Source: a candidate division WOR-3 bacterium
GTDB lineage: Bacteria > Hydrothermota > 32-111
Assembly: GCA_039804105.1 (NCBI GenBank)
Contig: JBDRZU010000001.1
Span: 66,602 to 130,601 of the forward strand
Length of the DNA stretch: 64,000 nucleotides
Reading direction: 5' to 3'
The stretch's first letter is position 1; each line of letters opens with the position of its first letter. Both the position numbers and the translations under genes were made by a program. The notes beneath the pieces were generated by a model, which made no database searches, was not told the origin of the DNA, and saw nothing but the letters and a program-made list of their open reading frames with translations. Positions 55,981 to 64,000 of the stretch are shown piece after piece.

Positions 55981-57299
55981 GCAAAAAGGGAAGTAAAAGT
56001 TTTGTTTGTTCAGAATGTGGTTTTAAAAGTGTTAAATGGTTAGGAAGATGTCCAGAATGTGGTATGTGGGATACTTTTATTGTTGAAAAAGATGATGTTA
56101 AAAGAGAAAGGGATATAAAACCCGTATCCATTGATGAAATAAAACTTGAAAATTTTTCAAGGATAAAATTTCTGGATAACTCTTTAAACAGAGTTTTTGG
56201 TGGCGGTCTCGTAAAAGGTTCAATTGTTCTTCTTGCAGGGAATCCAGGGGCTGGGAAATCAACACTATCTTTGAAGATAATAGAAAAATTACCTGATGAT
56301 GTTAATGTTCTTTATTTTTCATCTGAAGAATCGTTTGAACAGATAAAATTAAGAGCTATCAGAGTTTTGAAAGAGAAAAATTTCAAGATAATCTCTTCAA
56401 ATCTTTTTGAGGATCTGGTTGATAATGAAAAGGTTTTAAATTCATCGGATGTTGTAATCATTGACTCTATTCAGATGGTTGGATCAGAGAATGTTCCAAC
56501 GATTCCTGGTTCTCCAACAACTGTGAAATACATAATGGGGGAGTTGATAAAAATTGCTAAACAAAAGAACATTTCAGTTATCATAATAGGACATATAACC
56601 AAAGATGGAAGTGTCGCTGGACCTAAAACTCTTGAACATCTTGTGGATGTTATACTCTATCTTGATTCTTTAGAACACGAGAATCTAAGAATACTTAAAT
56701 CAAACAAAAATAGGTTTGGTTCAACCGATGAGATGGCGATATTTAAGATGGAAGAGAATGGACTTTTAGGTTTAGATAACATCGACAGAATAAATCTTAC
56801 AAATGGAGATAAAGTGGGAAGAGCTATATCTTGCACCGTTGAAGGTAGTATGCCTCTTGCTTTAGAGATCGAATCTTTGATATTCTATTCAAAATATGGT
56901 GTTCCACAGAGAGTTCCTACAGGTATAAATATAAGAAGGATGCAGATGCTTGTTGGAATATGTGAAAAGTATCTTGGAGTTGGTTTTGGGAATATGGATA
57001 TTTTTATAAACGTTTCTAATGGCATAACGATTAAAGATCCACAGATAGATCTACCGATAATAGTTTCAATGTTGTCATCTTTTAAAAATAAAATTGTTAG
57101 TAAAGAAAATGCTTTTATTGGGGAAGTTGGTTTAACTGGTGATTTGAGATCAAGTAGTAATATTGAGATGAGAATAAAACATTTAAAAAATATTGGAATA
57201 AAAAAGATCTTTATTCCTTATGTTGAAAGGAGTCAAACTGATACGGATATAGAGATCATAAAAATAAAAAATATTAAAGAGATTAAGGAAATCTTATGA
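55971..57299 (+). CDS. radA: DNA repair protein RadA/Sms
   Basis: Zinc ribbon CSECGFKSVKWLGRCPECGMW. Walker A GNPGAGKSTL. KNRFG motif. Lon-protease-like C-terminus. Confidence 0.95.
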   Translation: MSVSKKGSKSFVCSECGFKSVKWLGRCPECGMWDTFIVEKDDVKRERDIKPVSIDEIKLENFSRIKFLDNSLNRVFGGGLVKGSIVLLAGNPGAGKSTLSLKIIEKLPDDVNVLYFSSEESFEQIKLRAIRVLKEKNFKIISSNLFEDLVDNEKVLNSSDVVIIDSIQMVGSENVPTIPGSPTTVKYIMGELIKIAKQKNISVIIIGHITKDGSVAGPKTLEHLVDVILYLDSLEHENLRILKSNKNRFGSTDEMAIFKMEENGLLGLDNIDRINLTNGDKVGRAISCTVEGSMPLALEIESLIFYSKYGVPQRVPTGINIRRMQMLVGICEKYLGVGFGNMDIFINVSNGITIKDPQIDLPIIVSMLSSFKNKIVSKENAFIGEVGLTGDLRSSSNIEMRIKHLKNIGIKKIFIPYVERSQTDTDIEIIKIKNIKEIKEIL

Positions 57300-58999
57300 T
57301 CTATAATTGGGTATATAAAGAAATAGAAAACAATCTGGATTTGAAAGAATATGCGAAAAGTTTGAATTCTGATGAATATATATTAAAAATACTTTTAAAC
57401 AGAGGAATTGAACCTGAGAAGTTTGAACAGTTTTTAAACCCTGATGAGAAAAATTTTTATGATCCTTTTTTAATGATTGGTATTAAGGAGAGTGTTGAAA
57501 GGATCAAAAAAGCGATCGAAAAAAATGAAAAGATTCTTATCTATGGTGACTATGATGCTGATGGTATAACTTCTACAGCGATGCTTTACAGATTTTTTAA
57601 GATGATTGGGATAACACCCTACTTTTTTATACCACATCGTCTTGAGGAAGGATATGGTGTTTCAAAAAATGGTATCGATTTTGCTTTAAGCAAAAATGTT
57701 ACATTGATGATAACAGTTGATTGTGGAATAACTGCATTTGATGAGATAGATTATGCGAGAAGAAAAGGTATTGATGTTATAGTTACAGATCATCATGAAT
57801 TTTCAGATAAAACACCTCTTGCATATTCGATAATAAATCCTAACAGAGATGATGAAACTTATCCTTTTAGATCACTTGCTGGTTGTGGAGTCGTATTTAA
57901 ACTTATACAGGCATTAGGTAAATGTTTAAACCTTGATTTTTCAGTTCTGGATAATTTTATTGATTTTGTAACATTGGGAACTATAGCAGATGTTGTCCCA
58001 CTGATAGATGAAAACAGAACTATTGCTTCAATAGGACTCAAACATCTAAAAAATGTTAAAAACTATGGATTGAAAAGCTTGATAGAGGTTTCAGATTTAC
58101 AGAAGGACCTTATCAACTCATACCATGTTGGTTTTATTCTTGCTCCAAGGATTAATGCTATGGGACGGATGGATAATGCAACAAAAGCCGTTAATCTTTT
58201 AATAACCGATGATAGAAAGGAAGCAGAGGAGTTGGCGAAAGAGTTGAATAAAAAGAATAGATTGAGACAGGAAGTTGATCAGGATGTTTTTGATGAAGCG
58301 ATTGAAATGATTGAAAGAGAATCTCTACACAAAAAACAAACGATAGTTATAGCAAAAGAGAATTGGCATGAGGGTGTTATAGGTATAGTAGCGAGTAGAA
58401 TAGTGGAAAAGTATAACAAACCAACCATTATGATTTCGATAGTCGATGATATAGGTAAAGGTTCAGGAAGATCAACACAAAATTTTCATCTTTATAATGC
58501 TCTAAAAGATCTTGAAGATATCCTTCTTTCTTTTGGAGGACATCGTCTCGCTGCTGGTATCACACTGAAAAAGGACAAAATAGATGAATTTAAAAGGAGA
58601 TTTGAAGAGTATGCAAAGGTTTTGAATGATGGAAAAGATTACGAAAGAAAACTTGATATAGATTGTATCTTACCTTTGGATAAAATTGACCTTGATTTTT
58701 ATGAAAAACTTGAAAAACTTGAGCCGTTTGGTTATATGAATCCCCAGCCCGTTTTTCTATCGAAGAATGTCAACGTTGTAGGTTATCCTTTGATGCTTAA
58801 AGATAAACATTTAAGGTTATGTTTAAAACAAGAAAATTATTCTTATGATGCTATCTGGTTTAACAATGGCAAAGAGATGATCTCAAAATTAACTCAACCT
58901 GGGAAACAGTTTGATGTTGTCTATAACATTATGAAAAATGAGTATAGTGGGAAAATACTTTTGCAGTTAAGAATAATAGATATAATGGAGTCAGAGTGA
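57296..58999 (+). CDS. recJ: Single-stranded-DNA-specific exonuclease RecJ
   Basis: DHH-family motifs GDYDADGITS and VTDHHE. DHHA1 motif FGGHRLAAG. Confidence 0.9.
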   Translation: MIYNWVYKEIENNLDLKEYAKSLNSDEYILKILLNRGIEPEKFEQFLNPDEKNFYDPFLMIGIKESVERIKKAIEKNEKILIYGDYDADGITSTAMLYRFFKMIGITPYFFIPHRLEEGYGVSKNGIDFALSKNVTLMITVDCGITAFDEIDYARRKGIDVIVTDHHEFSDKTPLAYSIINPNRDDETYPFRSLAGCGVVFKLIQALGKCLNLDFSVLDNFIDFVTLGTIADVVPLIDENRTIASIGLKHLKNVKNYGLKSLIEVSDLQKDLINSYHVGFILAPRINAMGRMDNATKAVNLLITDDRKEAEELAKELNKKNRLRQEVDQDVFDEAIEMIERESLHKKQTIVIAKENWHEGVIGIVASRIVEKYNKPTIMISIVDDIGKGSGRSTQNFHLYNALKDLEDILLSFGGHRLAAGITLKKDKIDEFKRRFEEYAKVLNDGKDYERKLDIDCILPLDKIDLDFYEKLEKLEPFGYMNPQPVFLSKNVNVVGYPLMLKDKHLRLCLKQENYSYDAIWFNNGKEMISKLTQPGKQFDVVYNIMKNEYSGKILLQLRIIDIMESE

Positions 59000-59691
59000 T
59001 GAAAAGAGAAAAAGATTTTTTGATTTTTGAAGATATATTTTCTGATTACAATATCGCAATATCGTTGAGAGATAAAAATTTTGTAAATGAAAACGATATG
59101 AGTTTTAATTTTCAGGAAAATCAAGAAAATAGAGAAAGATTTTTTTTAAATTTGAAAATCGAAAATCTTTTTAAAGTTAGAAACAAACAGATACATTCAA
59201 AATTGATACATAGAGCTGAAAAGGATATCACAAAGGAAGGGGATGGTTTATTTAGTGACGATAAAAATTATGCTCTCTATCTTTTAACAGCTGATTGTTA
59301 TAACATTTTTTTTACAACCGATAATGGAAAGATTTTTGGATGTCTACATGCTGGTTGGAAAGGAATAATAGAAGGTATTGTTGAAGAGAGTTTAAAATTT
59401 TTCAAAAAGGATACAAGAACTTTGGTATTGCAGGGAATATGTGATAAACATTTTATTGTTGAAGAAGATGTTAAAAACCTTTTCCAAAAAAGGTTTGGAG
59501 AAAGTTATATAGGAAATTATGATAAAAAATTTTCGATCGATTTAAGAAGGATAATAGTTGATATTTTAAAGCAACGATCTGATGTCGAAAGTATAGAACT
59601 CTGTAATGTTTGTAGAAATGATATACTTTTTTCTTATAGGGAAGGGGACATTGATAAAAGGAACATTTCAATAATATGGAGGAAAATGTAA
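58996..59691 (+). CDS. pgeF: YfiH/PgeF family (Cu-oxidase_4) protein, peptidoglycan editing factor-like
   Basis: LLTADCYNIFF and CLHAGWKGIIEGI motifs. C-terminal CNVCRNDILFSYREG. Confidence 0.8.
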   Translation: MMKREKDFLIFEDIFSDYNIAISLRDKNFVNENDMSFNFQENQENRERFFLNLKIENLFKVRNKQIHSKLIHRAEKDITKEGDGLFSDDKNYALYLLTADCYNIFFTTDNGKIFGCLHAGWKGIIEGIVEESLKFFKKDTRTLVLQGICDKHFIVEEDVKNLFQKRFGESYIGNYDKKFSIDLRRIIVDILKQRSDVESIELCNVCRNDILFSYREGDIDKRNISIIWRKM

Positions 59692-59692
59692 G

Positions 59693-61726
59693 ATGAGAAA
59701 ATTACTTGGTCTTTTCATTTTTATAGTTTCTTTTAATTTTCTTTTTCCTTATGAGATAAAAGTTGAGAAGAACAAATTCGATTGCCCAACGAATTCAATT
59801 CTAAAAGAGCCCATAAAGTTAAAACTTTATCATGAAAAACAGGATTCAGTTGATGAAAAAAATTTTCTCGTTGTATTCGAAAAAGTTTATGGAGATATTG
59901 AGGTCGAACAGGATAGTTTAAAATTTGAAAATGGAGAAATATTTGTGTATCCAAAAATTGGCAAAAAGATGGGTACAAACATTTTGAGAGCAAATGTGTT
60001 TTATAAAGGGTATCAAATTGATAAATTTGATTTTAAAGTTGTTGGTTTGAACTGGATTGAAATAATAGTGATACTTTTGGGAGGACTTGGGTTATTCCTT
60101 TTCGGAATGAAGTTTATGTCTGATTCTTTACAAAATTTTGCAGGAGAGAGAATAAAATTTTTCATCACAAAGATGACGAAGAATACTTTTTTTGGTGTTT
60201 TAACAGGCGGAATAGTAACATCGTTTATACAGTCTTCCTCAGCAACTACTGTCATTGTTGTTGGACTTGTGAATGCTGGACTTATGACTTTAACACAATC
60301 TATTGGAATAATTATGGGAGCAAATATAGGAACGACGATGACAGCACAACTGATAGCGTTCAAACTGGAATCTCTTGCTTTGCCTGCAATAACTGCTGGT
60401 GTTTTAATGATACTATTTGGATCAAGAAAGGTTAAAATAGCAGGTGAGACGATTTTTGGTTTTGGTCTTTTATTTTATGGGATAAGTTTAATGTCCTCTT
60501 CAATATCACCTTTAAAGGAATCACATAAACTTGTTGAATTTATGATGAAATTTGAAGATTCTCCAATACTTTCGATGTTGACAGGGATGGTAATAACAAT
60601 GATAGTTCAATCATCATCAGCAACTGTTGGTTTAACAATGGTAATTACTGTTCAAGGTTTGATAGGAATCAACACTGCTGTTCCTCTAATATTGGGAGAG
60701 AATATAGGAACAACGATAACTGCACTTCTTGCTTCACTCTCATCTAACATTAATGGGAAAAGGGCTGCTATAATACATTCTCTTTTTAATGTTATAGGTG
60801 TTTTTTATATGATGTTAAGTATATATTTTGTAAAGGTAAACGGTGTTCCCTTGTATTATAAATTTTTGGAATTTATAACCCCAGGAAACAACTTCGCAGG
60901 TGAAAATGTACAAAGGTATATAGCTAATTCACACACATTTTTCAATGTTTTTAATACGATCGTGTTCCTACCATTTGCAAGAATTTTGGAAAATATAAGT
61001 AAATTTTTAATAAAAGATAAAAAAGGTGTTAAAGATAACTTCTTTTCACCAAAATATCTTGACAAAAACCTTCTGTTGAACCCACACCTTGCGCTTTACA
61101 ATGTGAAGAAGGAGATGATGGAAATGATTGATGTTGCATCACAATCGATTGAACTTGCAACAAAAATTTTAATTGAAGGAAATCAGGAATTTATCGAACA
61201 GGTTAGAAAACTTGAAATGAAAACGGATATACTTCAAAATGAGATTACAAACTACCTCATTTCGATTTCAAAAGAGGACCTAACAGATCAGGAGTTTTCA
61301 CAGATTCCCGTTCTGATACATTCTATAAATGATATTGAAAGGGTTGGTGATCATTCGATAAACATCTTAGAGTTTGCCTCGATGATTAGAGATAACAAGA
61401 TTGAACTTCCTAAAGAAGCATATGAAGAGATAAAAAGTATGAGTGAAGTTTTACAAAAAATGATGAAGGAAGCGTATTATGCTATAGAGGATCTTTCTCT
61501 TGAAAGGGTCAATGAAATTTTTGTTCTTGAAGAGAAATTGAACGATTTTGAAAAAAGGTATAACAGAACACATCTTTTAAGAGTTTCAAACAAATCATGT
61601 TCAAGTGATTCAGCAGCAATTTTTACAGACATTTTAACTTCATACGAAAGATGTGGAGATCATATAACAAATATAGCTGAAGCGATAAAAAATAAATTTC
61701 AATGGAGTAAAAATGATAAAGTTTAA
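59693..61726 (+). CDS. Na/Pi cotransporter family protein with PhoU-like C-terminus and an extra N-terminal exported domain
   Basis: Two Na_Pi_cotrans repeats (GGLGLFLFGMKFMS; QSSSATVGL). Two PhoU-like motifs (ERVGDHS and ERCGDHI). About 115 extra N-terminal aa with a signal peptide. Confidence 0.85.
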   Translation: MRKLLGLFIFIVSFNFLFPYEIKVEKNKFDCPTNSILKEPIKLKLYHEKQDSVDEKNFLVVFEKVYGDIEVEQDSLKFENGEIFVYPKIGKKMGTNILRANVFYKGYQIDKFDFKVVGLNWIEIIVILLGGLGLFLFGMKFMSDSLQNFAGERIKFFITKMTKNTFFGVLTGGIVTSFIQSSSATTVIVVGLVNAGLMTLTQSIGIIMGANIGTTMTAQLIAFKLESLALPAITAGVLMILFGSRKVKIAGETIFGFGLLFYGISLMSSSISPLKESHKLVEFMMKFEDSPILSMLTGMVITMIVQSSSATVGLTMVITVQGLIGINTAVPLILGENIGTTITALLASLSSNINGKRAAIIHSLFNVIGVFYMMLSIYFVKVNGVPLYYKFLEFITPGNNFAGENVQRYIANSHTFFNVFNTIVFLPFARILENISKFLIKDKKGVKDNFFSPKYLDKNLLLNPHLALYNVKKEMMEMIDVASQSIELATKILIEGNQEFIEQVRKLEMKTDILQNEITNYLISISKEDLTDQEFSQIPVLIHSINDIERVGDHSINILEFASMIRDNKIELPKEAYEEIKSMSEVLQKMMKEAYYAIEDLSLERVNEIFVLEEKLNDFEKRYNRTHLLRVSNKSCSSDSAAIFTDILTSYERCGDHITNIAEAIKNKFQWSKNDKV

Positions 61727-62810
61727 AAAACAACTTCAAAATATTCAAAATTATATCCCTGGTAAACCTATAGAAGAGGTCAAACGAGAACTTAACCTGA
61801 AAGGAGAAATTTATAAACTGGCTTCAAACGAAAACCCTTTGGGAATTTCTCCAAAAGCGTTAAAAGTTGTAAAAGAATCTTTAAAAGATTTGAATTTTTA
61901 TCCTGATGACAACAATTTCTATTTGAAAAAAAGATTATCTGAAAAAATTGGTGTTAGTCAGGATATGATCGTTTTAGGAAATGGCTCGGTTGAAATAATA
62001 AACAATCTTGTATTCGCTTTTACCGAAAAAAATGATAAAGTTTTGCGTCCAACACCTTCATTCATTATGTTTAAGATTTCAGGAATTTTAAATGGATGTA
62101 AGGTCTTTGATGTTCAACATAAAGATTTTAGAACTGATATATCTTCAATCGTAAGTATGTTAAAAAGATCAAAATTTAAAATTCTTTACCTTGACAATCC
62201 AAACAATCCACTTGGAAGTATGATTTTTGAGGATGAACTTAAATATTTGCTGAAAAATGTTCCCTCTGATACATTGGTTTTACTCGATGAAGCATACAAC
62301 GATTATCTTGATGATAATGTGAGAATAGATTCAACAAAATTTTTAAAAAAGTATAAAAACCTTGTTATATTGAGAACATTTTCAAAAATTTATGGACTCG
62401 CAGGGTTAAGGGTTGGATATGGCATTTCAAACAATGAAATAATCTCTATACTTCAAAAGGTTAGATTACCTTTCAATGTTAACCTTCTTGCTCAAAGAGC
62501 AGCACTTGCTGCACTCGATGATGAAAAGCACCTAAGAAAAAGTAAAAAATTAAACGATGAAGGATTAAAGTTTTTAACTGAAAAATTGAGGGAAATGGGT
62601 TTTTATGTTATTGATAGTTACACGAATTTTATAACTTTTGACTGCAAGTGTAATGGAAAAACTATTTTTGAAAAATTGCAAAAAAAGGGAGTTATTGTAA
62701 GACCAATAGATAATTATGGACTTGACACATTTTTAAGAGTAACAACTTCAACTGAAAAGGGAAATAGAATCTTTGTTCAAAAATTAAAGGAGGTTTTAAA
62801 TGAAATTTAA
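61713..62810 (+). CDS. hisC: Histidinol-phosphate aminotransferase family (class II PLP aminotransferase)
   Basis: ASNENPLGISP. PLP-Lys context RTFSKIYGLAGLRVGY. 365 aa. Confidence 0.8.
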   Translation: MIKFKKQLQNIQNYIPGKPIEEVKRELNLKGEIYKLASNENPLGISPKALKVVKESLKDLNFYPDDNNFYLKKRLSEKIGVSQDMIVLGNGSVEIINNLVFAFTEKNDKVLRPTPSFIMFKISGILNGCKVFDVQHKDFRTDISSIVSMLKRSKFKILYLDNPNNPLGSMIFEDELKYLLKNVPSDTLVLLDEAYNDYLDDNVRIDSTKFLKKYKNLVILRTFSKIYGLAGLRVGYGISNNEIISILQKVRLPFNVNLLAQRAALAALDDEKHLRKSKKLNDEGLKFLTEKLREMGFYVIDSYTNFITFDCKCNGKTIFEKLQKKGVIVRPIDNYGLDTFLRVTTSTEKGNRIFVQKLKEVLNEI

Positions 62811-63693
62811 CGATATCGTAATAAAAGCGAAAGAGAGTAAAAAGGTTTTATCGGTTGCCTGTGCTGATGATGAAACAGTTATCAAGGCATGTTATGATGC
62901 ATACAAAGAGAATCTTTGTATCCCAATTTTTGTTGGAGATAAAGAAAAGATCAATGAGATAATAGAGAAAAACAATCTTGAAAGAAACCTATTTGAGATC
63001 GTTGATGAAAAGGACAGAGTTTTAGCATGTGAAAAGGCTGTTAAACTTGTAAGAGATGATAGGGCTGATTTTTTGATGAAAGGTTTTGTTGATACATCCG
63101 TTCTTGGAAAGGCGGTTTTGAACAAGGAGTGGGGGTTGAGAACAGGTAATGTTCTTTCTCATGTTTCTCTTTTCGAAATCGATAGATATCATAAACCTTT
63201 CATATTAACTGATAGTGGGTTTATTATAAAACCTGATCTTACGATGAAAGTTAATATAATAAACAACGCTGTTATGGTTATGAAAAAATTTGGTATTCAA
63301 AATCCAAAAGTTTCAATCCTTGCCGCTATCGAAAAAGTTAATCCTGATATGCCAGAAACTGTTGATGCAGATAATCTGAGAAAGATGAATAGGGAAGGGC
63401 AGATAAAAGATTGCATAGTTGATGGTCCTTTGTCCTTTGATGTAACTGTTTCAAAAGAATCAGCAAAACATAAGAAAGTTACAAGTGATGTCGCAGGTGA
63501 TGCTGATATAATGGTAGTTCCAGATATCGCTTGTGGAAACATTATGGCAAAAACACTTATTTACTGGACAGATTGTAAATTTGCAGGTGCTATAGTTGGA
63601 GCAAAAGCCCCTATCGTTCTTATTTCGCGATCCGATAATGAAAAAAATAAAATGATGTCAATCGCTTTTGCTGCTGCTATTGGAAAGTTTTAA
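62800..63693 (+). CDS. ptb: Phosphate butyryltransferase / phosphate acyltransferase (PTA_PTB family)
   Basis: About 300-aa PTA_PTB-like protein (…PIFVGDKEKI…FLMKG…VSHV…ILTDSGF…DGPLSFD…PIVLISRSD). Confidence 0.8.
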   Translation: MKFNDIVIKAKESKKVLSVACADDETVIKACYDAYKENLCIPIFVGDKEKINEIIEKNNLERNLFEIVDEKDRVLACEKAVKLVRDDRADFLMKGFVDTSVLGKAVLNKEWGLRTGNVLSHVSLFEIDRYHKPFILTDSGFIIKPDLTMKVNIINNAVMVMKKFGIQNPKVSILAAIEKVNPDMPETVDADNLRKMNREGQIKDCIVDGPLSFDVTVSKESAKHKKVTSDVAGDADIMVVPDIACGNIMAKTLIYWTDCKFAGAIVGAKAPIVLISRSDNEKNKMMSIAFAAAIGKF

Positions 63694-64000
63694 TAGATTT
63701 TGTTCTGAAAGGTATGGTGGGAAATAGTTTTCTTTTAGGTTTTCGTTAAGTTTGTTATAAATTTTTTCATCGTGTACCAATTTCGAATGGATAATTTTTG
63801 TTGAATAGGTTGAAAATTGACTTTTGAAAAATGATAGAGAATCATTTTCTTTAAATCCACCACCGAGACCTATATATTTTATATTTCTTTCAAAACAAAA
63901 TCTATAAAATTCATAGATCAAAAATATATTTGCATTATTTTTTTTACCCTTTTCGGTAGAAAAGTTGGCGACATAGTAAGATGTATCATCCGAGTAAAAA
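63658..64000 (-). CDS. FemAB/GNAT-like acetyltransferase-fold protein (5' end lies outside the window)
   Basis: The minus-strand frame stays open to nt 64000 (…FYSDDTSYYVANFSTEKGKKNNANIF-LIYEFYRFCFERNIKYIGLGGG…SLSFFKSQFS), resembling the C-terminal half of FemAB-like or BioF2-like acetyltransferases. Its 3' end overlaps ptb convergently by 36 nt. Confidence 0.4.
   Translation of the reverse strand, partial: FYSDDTSYYVANFSTEKGKKNNANIFLIYEFYRFCFERNIKYIGLGGGFKENDSLSFFKSQFSTYSTKIIHSKLVHDEKIYNKLNENLKENYFPPYLSEQNLLKLSNSSSKSD

Noticed and set aside
1-64000. Search for CRISPR arrays, tRNA/rRNA genes, IS elements, integrases, and toxin-antitoxin or restriction-modification genes.
   Set aside because: No intergenic gap exceeds about 105 nt. 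I saw no direct-repeat/spacer periodicity and no transposase, integrase or recombinase-like ORF, so none can be supported.
1-64000. Possible alternative genetic code (UGA recoding), considered because of the low G+C and the probable candidate-phylum origin.
   Set aside because: TGA terminates many genes exactly at conserved C-termini and forms ATGA start/stop overlaps (rnfC/rnfD, rmlD/mtaB, recF/mntP). Protein lengths match family norms under code 11.

Overview
The window is AT-rich (about 30% G+C by eye, not computed) and very gene-dense. It comes from a diderm bacterium, as shown by BamA, Skp/OmpH, a TonB-dependent receptor and MlaEFD. It uses the standard genetic code: TGA acts as a stop in many ATGA start/stop overlaps. 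I call 57 CDS, 51 of them on the + strand. The intergenic gaps are too short (all under about 105 nt) to hold a tRNA, rRNA, CRISPR array or IS element, and I saw none.

Most of the window is housekeeping:
- rnfCDGEA-apbE
- clpC, bamA-skp-fabZ, cysS, rsmB, rpe, guaA
- mtaB/miaB, mutS, ftsK, pepF, recF, mntP, ogt, typA, dtd
- yicC-gmk-rpoZ-coaBC, udg, dnaB, mlaEFD, radA, recJ, pgeF
- a Na/Pi transporter, and hisC-ptb

The accessory-looking part is about 5.85-19.96 kb. It contains three modules:
1. A translationally coupled trio: a small helical protein, a 7TM-PAS sensor with a degenerate histidine-kinase core, and a membrane-anchored patatin-like phospholipase.
2. Converging on it, a minus-strand operon. 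It encodes an exported beta-rich protein, a 1162-aa protein (tandem complementary class III cyclase domains, a STAND-type P-loop NTPase and TPR repeats) and a small secreted protein.
3. A TonB-dependent receptor / DUF4249 / transglutaminase / Cys4 mini-protein cluster.

My best candidate for an undescribed system is the cyclase-STAND-TPR gene next to the patatin lipase. It could be a nucleotide-second-messenger module controlling a lipase. This is inference from architecture only.

Other points worth a second look:
- Two kinase-less tandem PASTA proteins sit in the slot that PrkC occupies in Firmicutes.
- Skp is fused to an extra C-terminal domain.
- bamA-skp-fabZ lacks lpxD and lpxA.
- An exported DJ-1/PfpI-like protein has lost its nucleophile Cys and sits behind a consensus promoter with an apparently leaderless start.

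All functional calls come from motif and architecture recognition by eye. No database search was run.
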